Positions 46,371-56,599 of a stretch of DNA of 64,000 bases are shown piece by piece. Under the pieces are notes generated by a model. That model did not search any database. It saw nothing but the letters and a program-made list of their open reading frames with translations, and was not told the origin of the DNA. Source of the DNA: an uncultured Bdellovibrionales bacterium (GTDB lineage Bacteria; Patescibacteriota; Minisyncoccia; Moranbacterales; JAKLHP01); the NCBI GenBank assembly GCA_964440305.1, contig CAYTRS010000002.1:4048-68047 (forward strand), written 5' to 3'. The translations under genes and the position numbers were made by a program. The number at the start of each line of letters is the position of its first letter. The first letter of the stretch is position 1.

Positions 46371-47042
46371 CTATTCCGGCTCCATTTTATATCCCCTGCC
46401 GTTGACTGTCTGAATGATGCTTGTTTTCCTTCCGCCGTCTATCTTGGCGCGCAGATTCCTGACATGCGATTTCAAAGTCTGAGAAAAAGAATCCAATTCC
46501 ATATCCCACACGTGCTCCATTATATCTATTTGCGTCAATGTTCGTCCGGCATTCTTGGCCAGATACTCGAGAAGCATGAATTCTTTTCGTGTCAAACCGA
46601 TGTTCTTTTTTCCCCGCGTCACTTCGTGATTATTGGTGTTAATAATCAAATCACCGATCTTTATCACTTCTTCGGTCGAAACGGTTGGGCGACGAAGCAA
46701 TGCTTTTACTCTCGACAAAAGCTCCCGAAAAGAAAAAGGTTTGGTCAGATAATCGTCCGCGCCGTTGTCCAAGAGATCCACTTTAGTCGTTATATCCGAA
46801 AGCGCCGAAAGCATTATAATTTTTACCCCTTTCTTTTTCTCGCGAATCTCCCTACAGACTTCCAACCCGTTTTTCTTCGGCAACACGTTATCCAGAACGA
46901 TCAAGTCATAATCGTTGCAGCGGCCGAGGTACGCGCCCTTCTCACCGTCCGTCGCTACATCGACGGCAAAAAGCTCCGCCTCGAGATTGTTCTTGAGAAA
47001 GTCGGAAATTTTCGGATCATCATCTATAACCAAAATTCGCAT
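46371..47042 (-). CDS. OmpR-family response regulator (REC + winged-helix)
   Basis: MRILVIDDDPK…D…LIVLDNVLP (phospho-acceptor Asp); C-terminal trans_reg_C (…LTRKEFMLLEYLAKNAGRTLTQIDIMEHVW…TVNGRGYKM). Confidence 0.85.
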   Translation of the reverse strand: MRILVIDDDPKISDFLKNNLEAELFAVDVATDGEKGAYLGRCNDYDLIVLDNVLPKKNGLEVCREIREKKKGVKIIMLSALSDITTKVDLLDNGADDYLTKPFSFRELLSRVKALLRRPTVSTEEVIKIGDLIINTNNHEVTRGKKNIGLTRKEFMLLEYLAKNAGRTLTQIDIMEHVWDMELDSFSQTLKSHVRNLRAKIDGGRKTSIIQTVNGRGYKMEPE

Positions 47043-47173
47043 ACCTTTGGAATGCTTAATGTTTCACTGGACAGCTATATTCTAAAGTCTAATATTAATT
47101 TTCTCACATTAGTTAAGTAATCTGCATAAGAAATTATTTTAGACAAATTTCGTGACAAATATTCAATCTTACT

Positions 47174-47521
47174 TTATCTTTTCATGTTTCTTTCGGATCT
47201 TCTTTCTCGTATGCGCACTATATTTTCTTCTCTTCTTGACAAGTATCGGCCGCCTATAATGGTAATTGCGGCAATACTGATTGATACACCTACTAAAATA
47301 AAAAATACCGTGAACAAGCGGCTCATTTCACTGGTAGGATGTAAATCTCCATAGCCAACAGTAGTTAGTGTTGCAACAGTGAAATATAGAGCATCTATCC
47401 ATGTCCACTTTTCCAGAAAATGATAAGCAACAGTCCCAATTATCAACAGCGAAGCTAACGCGCTGGCAGCAGCGATAAAATATGTGCTGATTTTCACATT
47501 TTCTTCGGTGTTTTTTTTCAT
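47174..47521 (-). CDS. Minimal 2-TM KcsA-like potassium channel (115 aa)
   Basis: Selectivity-filter signature TVGYGD preceded by pore helix WIDALYFTVATLT and flanked by two TM helices. Confidence 0.7.
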   Translation of the reverse strand: MKKNTEENVKISTYFIAAASALASLLIIGTVAYHFLEKWTWIDALYFTVATLTTVGYGDLHPTSEMSRLFTVFFILVGVSISIAAITIIGGRYLSRREENIVRIRERRSERNMKR

Positions 47522-47586
47522 ATGATAGACAATAATACAATCACGGAATCTTTTTATTGATTTAATTATATCACAAACTTGCCAGC

Positions 47587-48300
47587 TTATCCTTTTAACG
47601 ATTCATCCCCGTCATTAAAACCGACTCGTATATGAGTAGCATCACAAAACGGCTTATTCGCAGACTTGCCGCAACGGCAAAGTGTTACGCGATTTCTTTT
47701 TTCATAAATATGCCCGTCCGATGATTCCACCTGCACTTTTCCTTTGACCCAAATCGGTCCACTGGCTTGAGCTTGGGGATCTTCTACGACACTTAATGAT
47801 TCATTAAATTCAGGTTCGTAAGCTTTTTTTGTTTTTTTATCCCAAGTCACCAGTCTGCCCGAAGGACAATTGCAAGATTGTCCTATTGCCATTTTTTTCT
47901 TCTGCGGGTCATTGGAATTTTCCGTAAGATTCCATGTGCCTTCTTTTCTGTCGCAAAAACGTCCGCTGGAACAAAGGCTTTGTACGTCGGTAAGCTCAAG
48001 TTCCGGACCTTCTATTTTCAAATCCACCTGCTCAAGATATTTTTTTCTGCCAGCCGTTTCTGTCCCGTCAAAGTTGTCAGCCACGTGCGAACCATCGCAA
48101 TATGGTTTGTTTTTTGATTTTCCGCAACGGCAGAGAGCGTATGCTTCCTGATCTGGATATTTTTCCCCTTTTTTCCACTCGTAGGAAAAACCTTCCTCGT
48201 CAGGCATAATTATTTCTTTTTCCAAAGGCAATTTTCCCGAAACAATATACGGTCCGTTCTTCGAAATAACGACCTTTCCTTTTTTAATTTCTTTTTTCAT
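47587..48300 (-). CDS. CDGSH iron-sulfur domain protein (two CDGSH motifs)
   Basis: CRCGKSKNKPYCDGSH and CRCGKSANKPFCDATH fit C-x-C-x2-S-x3-P-x-C-D-G-(S/A)-H. Extra Cys cluster CNCPSGR. Confidence 0.7.
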   Translation of the reverse strand: MKKEIKKGKVVISKNGPYIVSGKLPLEKEIIMPDEEGFSYEWKKGEKYPDQEAYALCRCGKSKNKPYCDGSHVADNFDGTETAGRKKYLEQVDLKIEGPELELTDVQSLCSSGRFCDRKEGTWNLTENSNDPQKKKMAIGQSCNCPSGRLVTWDKKTKKAYEPEFNESLSVVEDPQAQASGPIWVKGKVQVESSDGHIYEKRNRVTLCRCGKSANKPFCDATHIRVGFNDGDESLKG

Positions 48301-48426
48301 ACTTCTGCCTTTTTAATTGATTAAAATTTATTGATACAGCTTATGCGCTAACTACATCTCGTTTTGTGAGCTGGCGACAGATTCCGTAAACTGATCTATT
48401 TGCTGACTTCAATTCAAATTTTTATT

Positions 48427-48846
48427 TCATCTAATCTTTTCTTTAATTTCAGCCAAATCAACAGCCATTTTTTTAATTTCTTTTTTGATGTTTTCCACCT
48501 CTTCCATTTCCTCTTGAATTTCGATTTCAGTTTTTTCAGTGATTTTCTTTTCTCCTTTAATCCCAGAAATAATTATTTCATTTCCGATAAATGTTGAGAC
48601 CATGAGCCCTGTGAGAAGAAGAATAAATATCCCAATTAATACAGAAAGGGGTCCATCCCACCAAGGAGAATCTGTAATCGGTTGCTTGTTCAAAAAACCG
48701 ACAATCGCATCCATCGTATGCCAGATTCCTCTCCAAAATATAACCACCCCCATTCCACCGACTAAAGCATAAAAAATCGGACTATGACTCAGCCAAGCCC
48801 TTATTTTGTCTTCAAATTTATCAAAAAATTTTATTACTTCTTTCAT
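48427..48846 (-). CDS. Membrane protein with C-terminal coiled coil (139 aa)
   Basis: Two hydrophobic helices plus EIEIQEEMEEVENIKKEIKK. Confidence 0.4.
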   Translation of the reverse strand: MKEVIKFFDKFEDKIRAWLSHSPIFYALVGGMGVVIFWRGIWHTMDAIVGFLNKQPITDSPWWDGPLSVLIGIFILLLTGLMVSTFIGNEIIISGIKGEKKITEKTEIEIQEEMEEVENIKKEIKKMAVDLAEIKEKIR

Positions 48847-49043
48847 TTTTTTAACAACTTAAATAAATTTTTGGAGAAGTTCTACTGCACACAAAAGTTA
48901 ATTTAGTATCTGATAAATCTTGAGTTTTTTTGTTTCTTTCCTGAATTTTTTCCAAAAATGCAATCCCCTTCTTCTTCATCAGAAGTCCGTATTTTTTTCT
49001 AAGCTGTAAATATTTTTTAACGCTTTATTTAATGAGTCTATGT

Positions 49044-50087
49044 TTATTGCTCGGCTATAATTTTCTCGTAAACTGAAACATAATCCTCGGCCATTTTTTC
49101 CGAAGAAAAATTTTTCTTAACATGTTCGAAGCAAGCTTTTCGGTCGATCTCGCCAACTCTTTTTATTTTCTCCGCCATCTCGTCCACACTATCACAAATA
49201 AAGCCGGTTTTTTCGTCTATTACAATTTCCGGAACCGATCCTCGTCTCATTGCAAATACTGGCGCTCCGCAAGCCATCGCTTCGGTAAAAAACAAACCGA
49301 AAGGTTCTTCCCATTGAATCGGAGCAATCAAAGCCTTGGCATTTCCGAGAAGCTCCACTTTTTCTTCGTGGTCAACTTCCCCGATAAATTTAATTCGCTC
49401 TCCATCAATCAGTGGTTCCACTTCTTTTTTAAAATATTCTTCGTCAACTAAATCAACTTTGGCTGCCATAATTAGTTTTACCCCAGCTTTTTTTGCCACT
49501 TCTATAGCCTGAACCGGTCCTTTTTCTGGGGACATTCTGCCAAGAAACGCAAAATAATCTTTTGGCTTGTAATTTTGCTTGAATTTTTCCATATCCAGAC
49601 CGTTGTAAGCGTTAGCCACGAAATTGAGTTCGGGCATCGGTTTTCTCTGATTCATGCTGATACTTATGTAATTTGCCTGACTGAATTCGCCGTAAACTTT
49701 TTGCTGATAAGGAACATCCAGTGGCCCGTGAAGAGTTGTAACCACTGGACATTTGATAATTTTTTCAAAAGGAAGCAATCGCCAGCCTATATGATTATGA
49801 ACAATATCAAAATTATTCCCGTTCAAATATGTAACCACTTTTCCTATTCCCATAAACTTATATGCTTCTCTCAGTTTCATATCGGTAAGATCGGGAATAC
49901 TTCGGAGTGATCTCTTGAAAATAATTTCCAACTTGGCGCTTGTTTGGGAATCTCCGGTTGCGATAAGAGTAACGTTATGACCCGTCTTAACCAGCTGTTC
50001 CGTTAAATTATAGACGACGAGTTCCGTTCCGCCATATTTATGCGGAGGGACTCTTTCCTCAAATGGCGCTACTATTGCAATTTTCAT
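49044..50087 (-). CDS. Glycosyltransferase family 4
   Basis: GT-B signature EPFGLFFTEAMACGAPV; N-terminal GGTE motif. Confidence 0.75.
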   Translation of the reverse strand: MKIAIVAPFEERVPPHKYGGTELVVYNLTEQLVKTGHNVTLIATGDSQTSAKLEIIFKRSLRSIPDLTDMKLREAYKFMGIGKVVTYLNGNNFDIVHNHIGWRLLPFEKIIKCPVVTTLHGPLDVPYQQKVYGEFSQANYISISMNQRKPMPELNFVANAYNGLDMEKFKQNYKPKDYFAFLGRMSPEKGPVQAIEVAKKAGVKLIMAAKVDLVDEEYFKKEVEPLIDGERIKFIGEVDHEEKVELLGNAKALIAPIQWEEPFGLFFTEAMACGAPVFAMRRGSVPEIVIDEKTGFICDSVDEMAEKIKRVGEIDRKACFEHVKKNFSSEKMAEDYVSVYEKIIAEQ

Positions 50088-51334
50088 TTTTTTGTTTTGC
50101 TTATTAACTGATTAAAAAAATTTTCATATTGGTCGGCTATTTTTTCCCATCGAAATTCATCGCTGATCCGTTTCAAACAGTTTCTGACATAAAAGTCTTT
50201 TCTATTTTTTAGAACAATGTTTATTTTTTCGGCTAAATCTACATAGTTTCTCGGTTTAAAAAGATGTCCTGTTATTTTGTCTTTTACGGTATACTGCAAT
50301 CCTCCGGTACGGGAAGCAATCACGGGAGTTCCGCAGGTCATTGATTCCAAAGGAACTATTCCGAATGGTTCATAATACGAGGGAACAACGCATACGTCGG
50401 CAGCTGAATAATATTTATATAATTCGTTCTGCTTCTTGGGTCCTAAAAAGCTTACCCTCTTTTCTATTCCCAGTTCTTGAGAGATTTTTTTCAGTCGCTC
50501 ATGTTCGGCATCTTCCAGCTTTCTTGCCGATTTGCTTCTGCCTCCGCCGATAATATACAGCTTGGCATTCGGGTGATTTTTAATAACTTCGCGAAAAGCA
50601 TAAAGCAAAGTTCCGATTCCTTTTCTCCATTCGATTCTGCCAACATAAAGAATGACTTTCCCTTTATTTTCCATTCTTGCTAGTTTTCTAGCTCTTTCGG
50701 TTTTGATCGGCCTGAATATTTTTGTATCCACCCCGATAGTTATGGTTTTTATTTTTTCCCCGCTGATTCCGAAAAGATTTTTTATAATTTCTTTTTCCAC
50801 CGGACTGGTCGTAATTATCCGGTCCGCTTTTTGGGCTATTTCCTTTTCGGAAATTGTTCTTTGCTTGAAAAATTTGTTATTGATTTCCTGAAGTTTGTAA
50901 TTCTTCAGGCTTTCAAATCTGACTTGTCCGATAGAATGATAAATATGAACAAGCGGTTTTTTAATTTCTTTGGTAACTCTTAAGCCGATAAGTCCTGAAA
51001 ACCAGTAGTTTGTATGAATTATATCATAATTTATCTTTTCTTTTTTTATTCTTTTTAATATATTGCCCGTAAATTCATCCACAACACCCAAGAAATTATC
51101 TCTGGGCATATACTTTTTCGGACCCGCCTTCACCCTTATGATTCTCAAATGATTGTTAAATTTAACAATTTCGTTTTTGTTTTTTCTGTCCCAGCGGGTA
51201 TATACATCCACCAAAATTCCCAACCGGCATAAAAATTTTGCCAGGTAAAAAACATAGATATTTTGTCCCCCGGCTTCTTTTGATCCGATTTCCGCCAATG
51301 GATCGGCGTGATCGGAGATTAGAAGAATACGCAT
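50084..51334 (-). CDS. Glycosyltransferase family 4 (MshA/BshA/SPS-like N-terminus GGQNIYV)
   Basis: EPFGIVPLESMTCGTPVIASRTGGL; N-terminal EAGGQNIYV; 4-nt overlap with the downstream GT4. Confidence 0.75.
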   Translation of the reverse strand: MRILLISDHADPLAEIGSKEAGGQNIYVFYLAKFLCRLGILVDVYTRWDRKNKNEIVKFNNHLRIIRVKAGPKKYMPRDNFLGVVDEFTGNILKRIKKEKINYDIIHTNYWFSGLIGLRVTKEIKKPLVHIYHSIGQVRFESLKNYKLQEINNKFFKQRTISEKEIAQKADRIITTSPVEKEIIKNLFGISGEKIKTITIGVDTKIFRPIKTERARKLARMENKGKVILYVGRIEWRKGIGTLLYAFREVIKNHPNAKLYIIGGGRSKSARKLEDAEHERLKKISQELGIEKRVSFLGPKKQNELYKYYSAADVCVVPSYYEPFGIVPLESMTCGTPVIASRTGGLQYTVKDKITGHLFKPRNYVDLAEKINIVLKNRKDFYVRNCLKRISDEFRWEKIADQYENFFNQLISKTKK

Positions 51335-51417
51335 AAAGTAAATTTAATCCCAGAAAATACTTTTTGAGTCATGCTTTTAATACGCTTTAGAAACTATTTT
51401 AGCGCGATAATTTTTTA

Positions 51418-52416
51418 TTATTTCTCTATCGCTATCTGATCGCCTTCCTTGAGTCCTGAAACCACTTCCGCCATTCCATCGTCTCCTTCCAGTCCGGTTT
51501 GTATTTCTCTTTTCTCCACAGTTTTTTCTTTAGCATCAGTTAGAATGGTAACGAATTTTTTGTCTCCGTCTTTTTCTATTACTCCCTTGGGAATCATAAG
51601 CACATTGTCTTTTTGGGCCACTTTATCATAAATTGTGCAGTTCATGCCGTATCTGAAACCTACATCCGGATTGTCAACCTGCATTTTGACCACATAATAA
51701 ACGACATTCTGGACGGTAACCGGAGTCGGATCTATTTCTGTTACCCCTGCATCAAATCTTTGATTTTCCGGATAAGCATCAAATTTGACACTTATTTTCT
51801 GGCCGACTCTGACTCCGGCAATATCCACTTCCGGAACCCTGGCTTCAATTCTCATTTCGTCTTCCCTGACAATCTTAATCACCGGGCTTCCGGCCTGGAC
51901 TATTTCTCCTATATTCACATTTTTTTCAGCCACTGTTCCGCTAATCGGCGCATTGATATTGGCATATTGAAATTGTTTGGAAATTTCATCAACAACAGCC
52001 TCGGCTTGTTGGACCGCCGCCTTTTGAGCACTGCGTTGATCCTTAGTATATAAATCATCCTTATCTTTTTGATAAGCCAAAGTTTTTTTCTGGATCGTAA
52101 CCGCTTTTTTTGCTTGTTCCAATTTTTCCGTTAAAGTGCCCGTATCAACACTGGCTAAAAATTGTCCCTGTTTCACTTTGTCCCCAACATCCACTTTAAC
52201 GTTGATGAGCGGTCCGGATATTCGAAAACTGACATTAGCTTCGTCTTTAGATAAATATTCTCCGTTGGCTGAAATGGTCCGGGTTAGCGTCCCCTTGCTA
52301 ACCGGAGTAAGTGTATAATCCGCTTTCTTGTTCTTATTTCCCCAAATTATGGATCCTATCGTTATCACAATAGCGACAACAATGATCCAATAAATTGCTT
52401 TCTTAACTTTTGGCAT
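51418..52416 (-). CDS. Efflux ABC/RND periplasmic adaptor subunit (MacA/HlyD-like)
   Basis: N-terminal TM, lipoyl-like hairpins, coiled coil, beta-barrel; follows the ABC ATPase and permease. Confidence 0.65.
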   Translation of the reverse strand: MPKVKKAIYWIIVVAIVITIGSIIWGNKNKKADYTLTPVSKGTLTRTISANGEYLSKDEANVSFRISGPLINVKVDVGDKVKQGQFLASVDTGTLTEKLEQAKKAVTIQKKTLAYQKDKDDLYTKDQRSAQKAAVQQAEAVVDEISKQFQYANINAPISGTVAEKNVNIGEIVQAGSPVIKIVREDEMRIEARVPEVDIAGVRVGQKISVKFDAYPENQRFDAGVTEIDPTPVTVQNVVYYVVKMQVDNPDVGFRYGMNCTIYDKVAQKDNVLMIPKGVIEKDGDKKFVTILTDAKEKTVEKREIQTGLEGDDGMAEVVSGLKEGDQIAIEK

Positions 52417-52445
52417 ATTTTTTAATTTATAAATTTAAAAATTAT

Positions 52446-53117
52446 TTATTGTAAAATCCCGTCTTTCATATGGATTACCCTATCAACATATTCCTCATCT
52501 TCCGATTCATGAGTTACCAAAATCACGGTTTGATTAAGTTCTTTGTTGAGTTTTCTAAAAAGTTCCAATATTACGGTTGACGTTTCCGAATCCAAGTTGG
52601 CACAAGGTTCGTCGGCAAAAAGAATTTTCGGATTATTGACCAAGGCCCTGGCAACCGCCACTCTTTGTTGTTCGCCTCCTGACATTTCGGACGGAAAATG
52701 TTTTATCCGATCACCAAGTTGAACCATCTCAAGTATTTCTCTGGCACGTTTTTTGCTTTCCCGTATGGAGCAACCTTGCAAAATAAGGGGCAAACTGACG
52801 GCTTCTTCGGCACTGAATCCCGGCAGGAGAGCGTATTCCTGAAAAACATAACCGAAGTGTTGAAGACGAAATTTTGTTTTTTCGCTGTCTGAAAGGGCAG
52901 TCAGTTCTTGCCCTTCAACAATTATTTCTCCTTCGTCCGCGTTATCCAAAAGGCTAAGTTGATGAAGCAAGGTGGATTTTCCACTGCCGCTTCTGCCCAT
53001 AATCGCCACAAATTCCCCTTCCTTTACAGAAAAACTCACGCCCTTAAGAACATGCAGCGGAACTTCCCCTGAATAAGTTTTGTGCAAATTTTTTACGGTT
53101 ATAATATCTTTCTCCAT
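52446..53117 (-). CDS. ABC transporter ATP-binding protein (MacB/LolD-type)
   Basis: Walker A GRSGSGKSTL, signature LSGGEQQRVAVARAL, Walker B ILFADEP, H-loop VTHE. Confidence 0.85.
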   Translation of the reverse strand: MEKDIITVKNLHKTYSGEVPLHVLKGVSFSVKEGEFVAIMGRSGSGKSTLLHQLSLLDNADEGEIIVEGQELTALSDSEKTKFRLQHFGYVFQEYALLPGFSAEEAVSLPLILQGCSIRESKKRAREILEMVQLGDRIKHFPSEMSGGEQQRVAVARALVNNPKILFADEPCANLDSETSTVILELFRKLNKELNQTVILVTHESEDEEYVDRVIHMKDGILQ

Positions 53118-53121
53118 TGTT

Positions 53122-54354
53122 TTATTTGAATATTGAATCTAAAATATTTTTTCTGGCAATTTGAACGGATGGGATGAATCCGGCAATAAGCGATACGACT
53201 ACCATGCTTATTTCCGTGCGCATAAGATCAAGGCTTTCAATATTAAGGCTGATATATCCGATAGGAAGCTCCAGCGGGTGCTTGAGAAAATATGGAGAGA
53301 TTGCGTATTCAAGCAGGAATCTTCCCAAAATCACCCCCATAAGTCCATAAAAAAATGCTTGCAATACATAGGAAATAACAATAGTTTTGCTTTCCATTCC
53401 GATCGCTTTCAAGATTCCGATTTGTTTTTTCTGATTAAGCAAGTCGATATAGATGATTATGAAAATGCTGGCGCCGGAAACAGCCAGTCCGATAGCGTAA
53501 AAAATTAATTTTACAAAATCAAAGCTGTTTGTAACGGTTGACATGGCGCCCAAAAAATCGCTCCAGATATAAAGTTTCAGTTTTTGCTCCAATACATTTT
53601 CTATTTTTGAAATATACTTATTCTCATCTCCCATAGTTGCAGTTTTTACAATTATCTCGTCGGCCAGGTCATGCTGTCCCAAAACATCTTCCATTTCATC
53701 TTTTGTTACATAAGCCTGCGCATCAGCCAGGAAACTCTTGGTAGCAAAAATTCCAGCTACCGTATATTTTCGGCTTATTCCATTGGGATAATAAACATAA
53801 ACTTCATCTCCAACTCGGACCCCTCCCAAAGATGCTCTTTCAAGAGTAGCTTCGAAGCCTCCGCTGATTTCCCGTCCGAGAAGTATCTTGCCTCGATCTC
53901 CATCTTCCAGATATCTTCCGGAAACAATTTTTGAATTTATTTTAAGAACATTTGATTCCTCTGAAGGGATTACGGAATATAAGTATCCGCTGAAGTCTTT
54001 AACGTTAGTTCCTTCTTTCTTCTGATCATATGTGATTTTGACGCCTTCTTTATAGTGCTCTACCGCCCCAATAACACCTGGTATGCTTCTGATGTCATTT
54101 AATGTTTGATTCGCTTGTTTAATATAGTTGTCACTTTCACTTTCCTTGGTCGGTTCGATTACAATGTTTCCGTATTGATAATCTATAACCTGATTGTTTA
54201 TAGTTTTTATAAGTCCGGACATCATGGACGCGATAAAAAGAATATTGATGAAAAGTAAACTTACCACCACTATGGTCATCACGACACTTTTCTTGTTGCT
54301 GCGTGTTAGCTGTTTAAAGCTGAACCAGCAGGCGATGAAAAAATTTCTAAGCAT
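53122..54354 (-). CDS. ABC transporter permease, FtsX/MacB-type
   Basis: TM1, about 200-aa extracytoplasmic domain, then 3 TMs (…IGILKAIGMESKTIVISYVLQAFFYGLMGVILG…). Confidence 0.75.
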   Translation of the reverse strand: MLRNFFIACWFSFKQLTRSNKKSVVMTIVVVSLLFINILFIASMMSGLIKTINNQVIDYQYGNIVIEPTKESESDNYIKQANQTLNDIRSIPGVIGAVEHYKEGVKITYDQKKEGTNVKDFSGYLYSVIPSEESNVLKINSKIVSGRYLEDGDRGKILLGREISGGFEATLERASLGGVRVGDEVYVYYPNGISRKYTVAGIFATKSFLADAQAYVTKDEMEDVLGQHDLADEIIVKTATMGDENKYISKIENVLEQKLKLYIWSDFLGAMSTVTNSFDFVKLIFYAIGLAVSGASIFIIIYIDLLNQKKQIGILKAIGMESKTIVISYVLQAFFYGLMGVILGRFLLEYAISPYFLKHPLELPIGYISLNIESLDLMRTEISMVVVSLIAGFIPSVQIARKNILDSIFK

Positions 54355-54359
54355 TTTGA

Positions 54360-55205
54360 TTATAATTTAAGAAAATCTAAAAACTTACTCAGAACGTCCT
54401 TGTTTTCCCGATGTATCGATTCTTTCAATTGTGATAATTTTATTTTTGTCGCTTTTTCTCCAGCTGAAATTATATCTTTTCCGTCCAGAAATTTTCCCCA
54501 ATGCGCATTTCCAACCCTGGGACTGATAACAATGTCGGCATTTTCGACATTTCGATAGGCCAGGTGATGCCGCAGGAGATTGATTGAATTTTCAGCCATT
54601 TTATAAAAACCGAATTTATTGTTTTCGCTGTTGTTGTCGGCAAAGTAATCGGCATCCAAATTAACCGCTATTACCAAATCCGCTCCCATTTTTCTCACCA
54701 CTTCGACTGGAACGGGCAAAGATAATCCTCCGTCGACCAATAATTTTCCTTCCCTTTCCACGGGCCTAAAAACCAATGGCAAAGAAATACTGGCTCTGAT
54801 TGCCGAGGCAACGTCGCCTTTGTTTATAACAACCGCGTCGCCGTTCTTAAAATTTGTCGCTACTACCGAAAGGGGAACTTTTAAATCCTTAAAATCCATT
54901 TTGTCGATATGATCTTCGATAAAATTGTTTACCTTTTTACCTCCCAGCAATCCCTGGCGAAAAGAAGGATCTATCAATGCTAAAATCATTTTCCAGTTAG
55001 TTCCCAACGCTATCTTTTCCACTTGTCCTATATCTTTGGTAGCGGCATAAAATCCGCCGACCATAGCGCCGATACTTGAACCGGCGATAAAATCGATCGG
55101 AATATTATTTTCTTTCAGAACTTTGATTACGCCGATATGCGCCAGCCCCCTGGGACCGCCGCTTCCCAACGCCAAACCGATTTTAGGTCGTTTTAGTTTT
55201 GCCAT
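54360..55205 (-). CDS. Patatin-like phospholipase
   Basis: GSGGPRG oxyanion motif, GxSxG nucleophile GSSIGAMVGG, DGG(L) catalytic Asp. Confidence 0.8.
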   Translation of the reverse strand: MAKLKRPKIGLALGSGGPRGLAHIGVIKVLKENNIPIDFIAGSSIGAMVGGFYAATKDIGQVEKIALGTNWKMILALIDPSFRQGLLGGKKVNNFIEDHIDKMDFKDLKVPLSVVATNFKNGDAVVINKGDVASAIRASISLPLVFRPVEREGKLLVDGGLSLPVPVEVVRKMGADLVIAVNLDADYFADNNSENNKFGFYKMAENSINLLRHHLAYRNVENADIVISPRVGNAHWGKFLDGKDIISAGEKATKIKLSQLKESIHRENKDVLSKFLDFLKL

Positions 55206-55209
55206 AATT

Positions 55210-56313
55210 TTAATCTGATTCTGCGGGATTATTTTTTACGTTGCCTACCAAAGCCGAAGCCTTATTCTTCATAGACGAAATAACCCGGCTCGCTGTTTTT
55301 CCTATTTCATCTCTGATATATTTTGCATTGTTATATTGCGATGGATAACCGACTAGTTCCATAAAACCAACACCGTTTACTTTTTTATCTTCGAATAATC
55401 CGCTGACCGTAAGCGGTCCCTCCCAATAATTGATTGAACCGAACAGCATTTCCTGATTTTCAATTTTTGCCGACAGAAGCAGATGTATATTTTTTGCCGG
55501 TATTTTGATTTCCCATAACATCGGATAAATAGCCTTGCTTTTAGGGCTTGTCCAATGTCCTTTCAGGGGAATAATTTTAATATTGTCATAATGCTCTTGC
55601 GTATTATCCGGATAAGAGATACTGGCCAAATAAGTTTTTTTCTGGCCGTCATCATACATAAAGCAAACCATTTCCGTATTATTGTCCAATTGCACCGAGA
55701 ACCAATCCCACCTGTCTTTGGAATAACTGGCATCCGCCCACTGATGATCCACCCATGACTTGCCGGTAATATTCACCCATTTATCTTTAATTTTTATTCT
55801 GCCTTCTGTTTTCAGGTTGGTTAAGGAATAATAATAGGTTGCTTTAGAATGAAGATCAAGAAAACCCTTCCCGCCTTCCAGCAAGGGCTTTTTAATTGAA
55901 GTTAATATCAAATCCATATCTTCATTTTTTAAGCGGTATTTTGATTCGTCTGTTTTTTCAATAGCGCAGTTAGTATAACCGTTCTTAATTTCCGGATTGA
56001 TGTAATTTATATGAAGCAGGGATTTGGAAAAACTGTCATCAGAAACAACAGAAAAGGGAGATATCCTATGCTGAAAACTTTTATTATTTATGTCTGAAAC
56101 GAGTGAATGTGAGAAGTAGGATGTTTTAAGCGGAATCTTACTTAAAAAAGGTATTTTTACTTTTTTGACATCCACTTTGAACAGGCAATCCATATATGAA
56201 TATTCGTTGCCATATTTGTCTTTAAGATGGCCGTTAAAATACCACCATTCAACAATGGCGTCATGAGCCGATTCGTCTTCTGGGAACTTTATAGGTTCAT
56301 ATTCTTTATACAT
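55210..56313 (-). CDS. CrtC/AttH-like lipocalin-fold protein (hydroxyneurosporene-synthase-like/secreted hydrolase family)
   Basis: N-terminal FPEDESAHDAIVEWWYFNGHL matches the CrtC/AttH hallmark FPxDHxxHxxxxxEWWYxTGxL. 4-nt spacing to patatin. Confidence 0.45.
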   Translation of the reverse strand: MYKEYEPIKFPEDESAHDAIVEWWYFNGHLKDKYGNEYSYMDCLFKVDVKKVKIPFLSKIPLKTSYFSHSLVSDINNKSFQHRISPFSVVSDDSFSKSLLHINYINPEIKNGYTNCAIEKTDESKYRLKNEDMDLILTSIKKPLLEGGKGFLDLHSKATYYYSLTNLKTEGRIKIKDKWVNITGKSWVDHQWADASYSKDRWDWFSVQLDNNTEMVCFMYDDGQKKTYLASISYPDNTQEHYDNIKIIPLKGHWTSPKSKAIYPMLWEIKIPAKNIHLLLSAKIENQEMLFGSINYWEGPLTVSGLFEDKKVNGVGFMELVGYPSQYNNAKYIRDEIGKTASRVISSMKNKASALVGNVKNNPAESD

Positions 56314-56599
56314 AAATTGCTTTCAAATTATTAAAATCATTAAAAGACGCTCCATTTATTAGTTTAGATAGCTACGAAAATGAAGCGCCCAAAATGCTTT
56401 ACATATTATCAAATGGCGGCTTTTTTTCTTGCCAAGCCCACACTAGATATCCGGCAATAGCAATAACCGCGACGACTCCAATTCCGATTCCAATTGTCAT
56501 GGGACTTGACCAATCAATGTTTGCTAGAAAATTTGTTGGCATATTTTTATTTTTATTAACTCATTTATTAAGTCCTTGAGGCGGACTGGTCCTCGACCT

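Noticed and set aside
45242-47120. Plus-strand ORFs opposite the histidine kinase and response regulator (e.g. 46464-47120, 218 aa)
   Set aside because: Antisense to genes with unambiguous TCS motifs; shadow ORFs.
56394-56579. 61-aa plus ORF in the intergenic region before tetR
   Set aside because: No start context, Pro/Ile-rich junk translation; probably non-coding.
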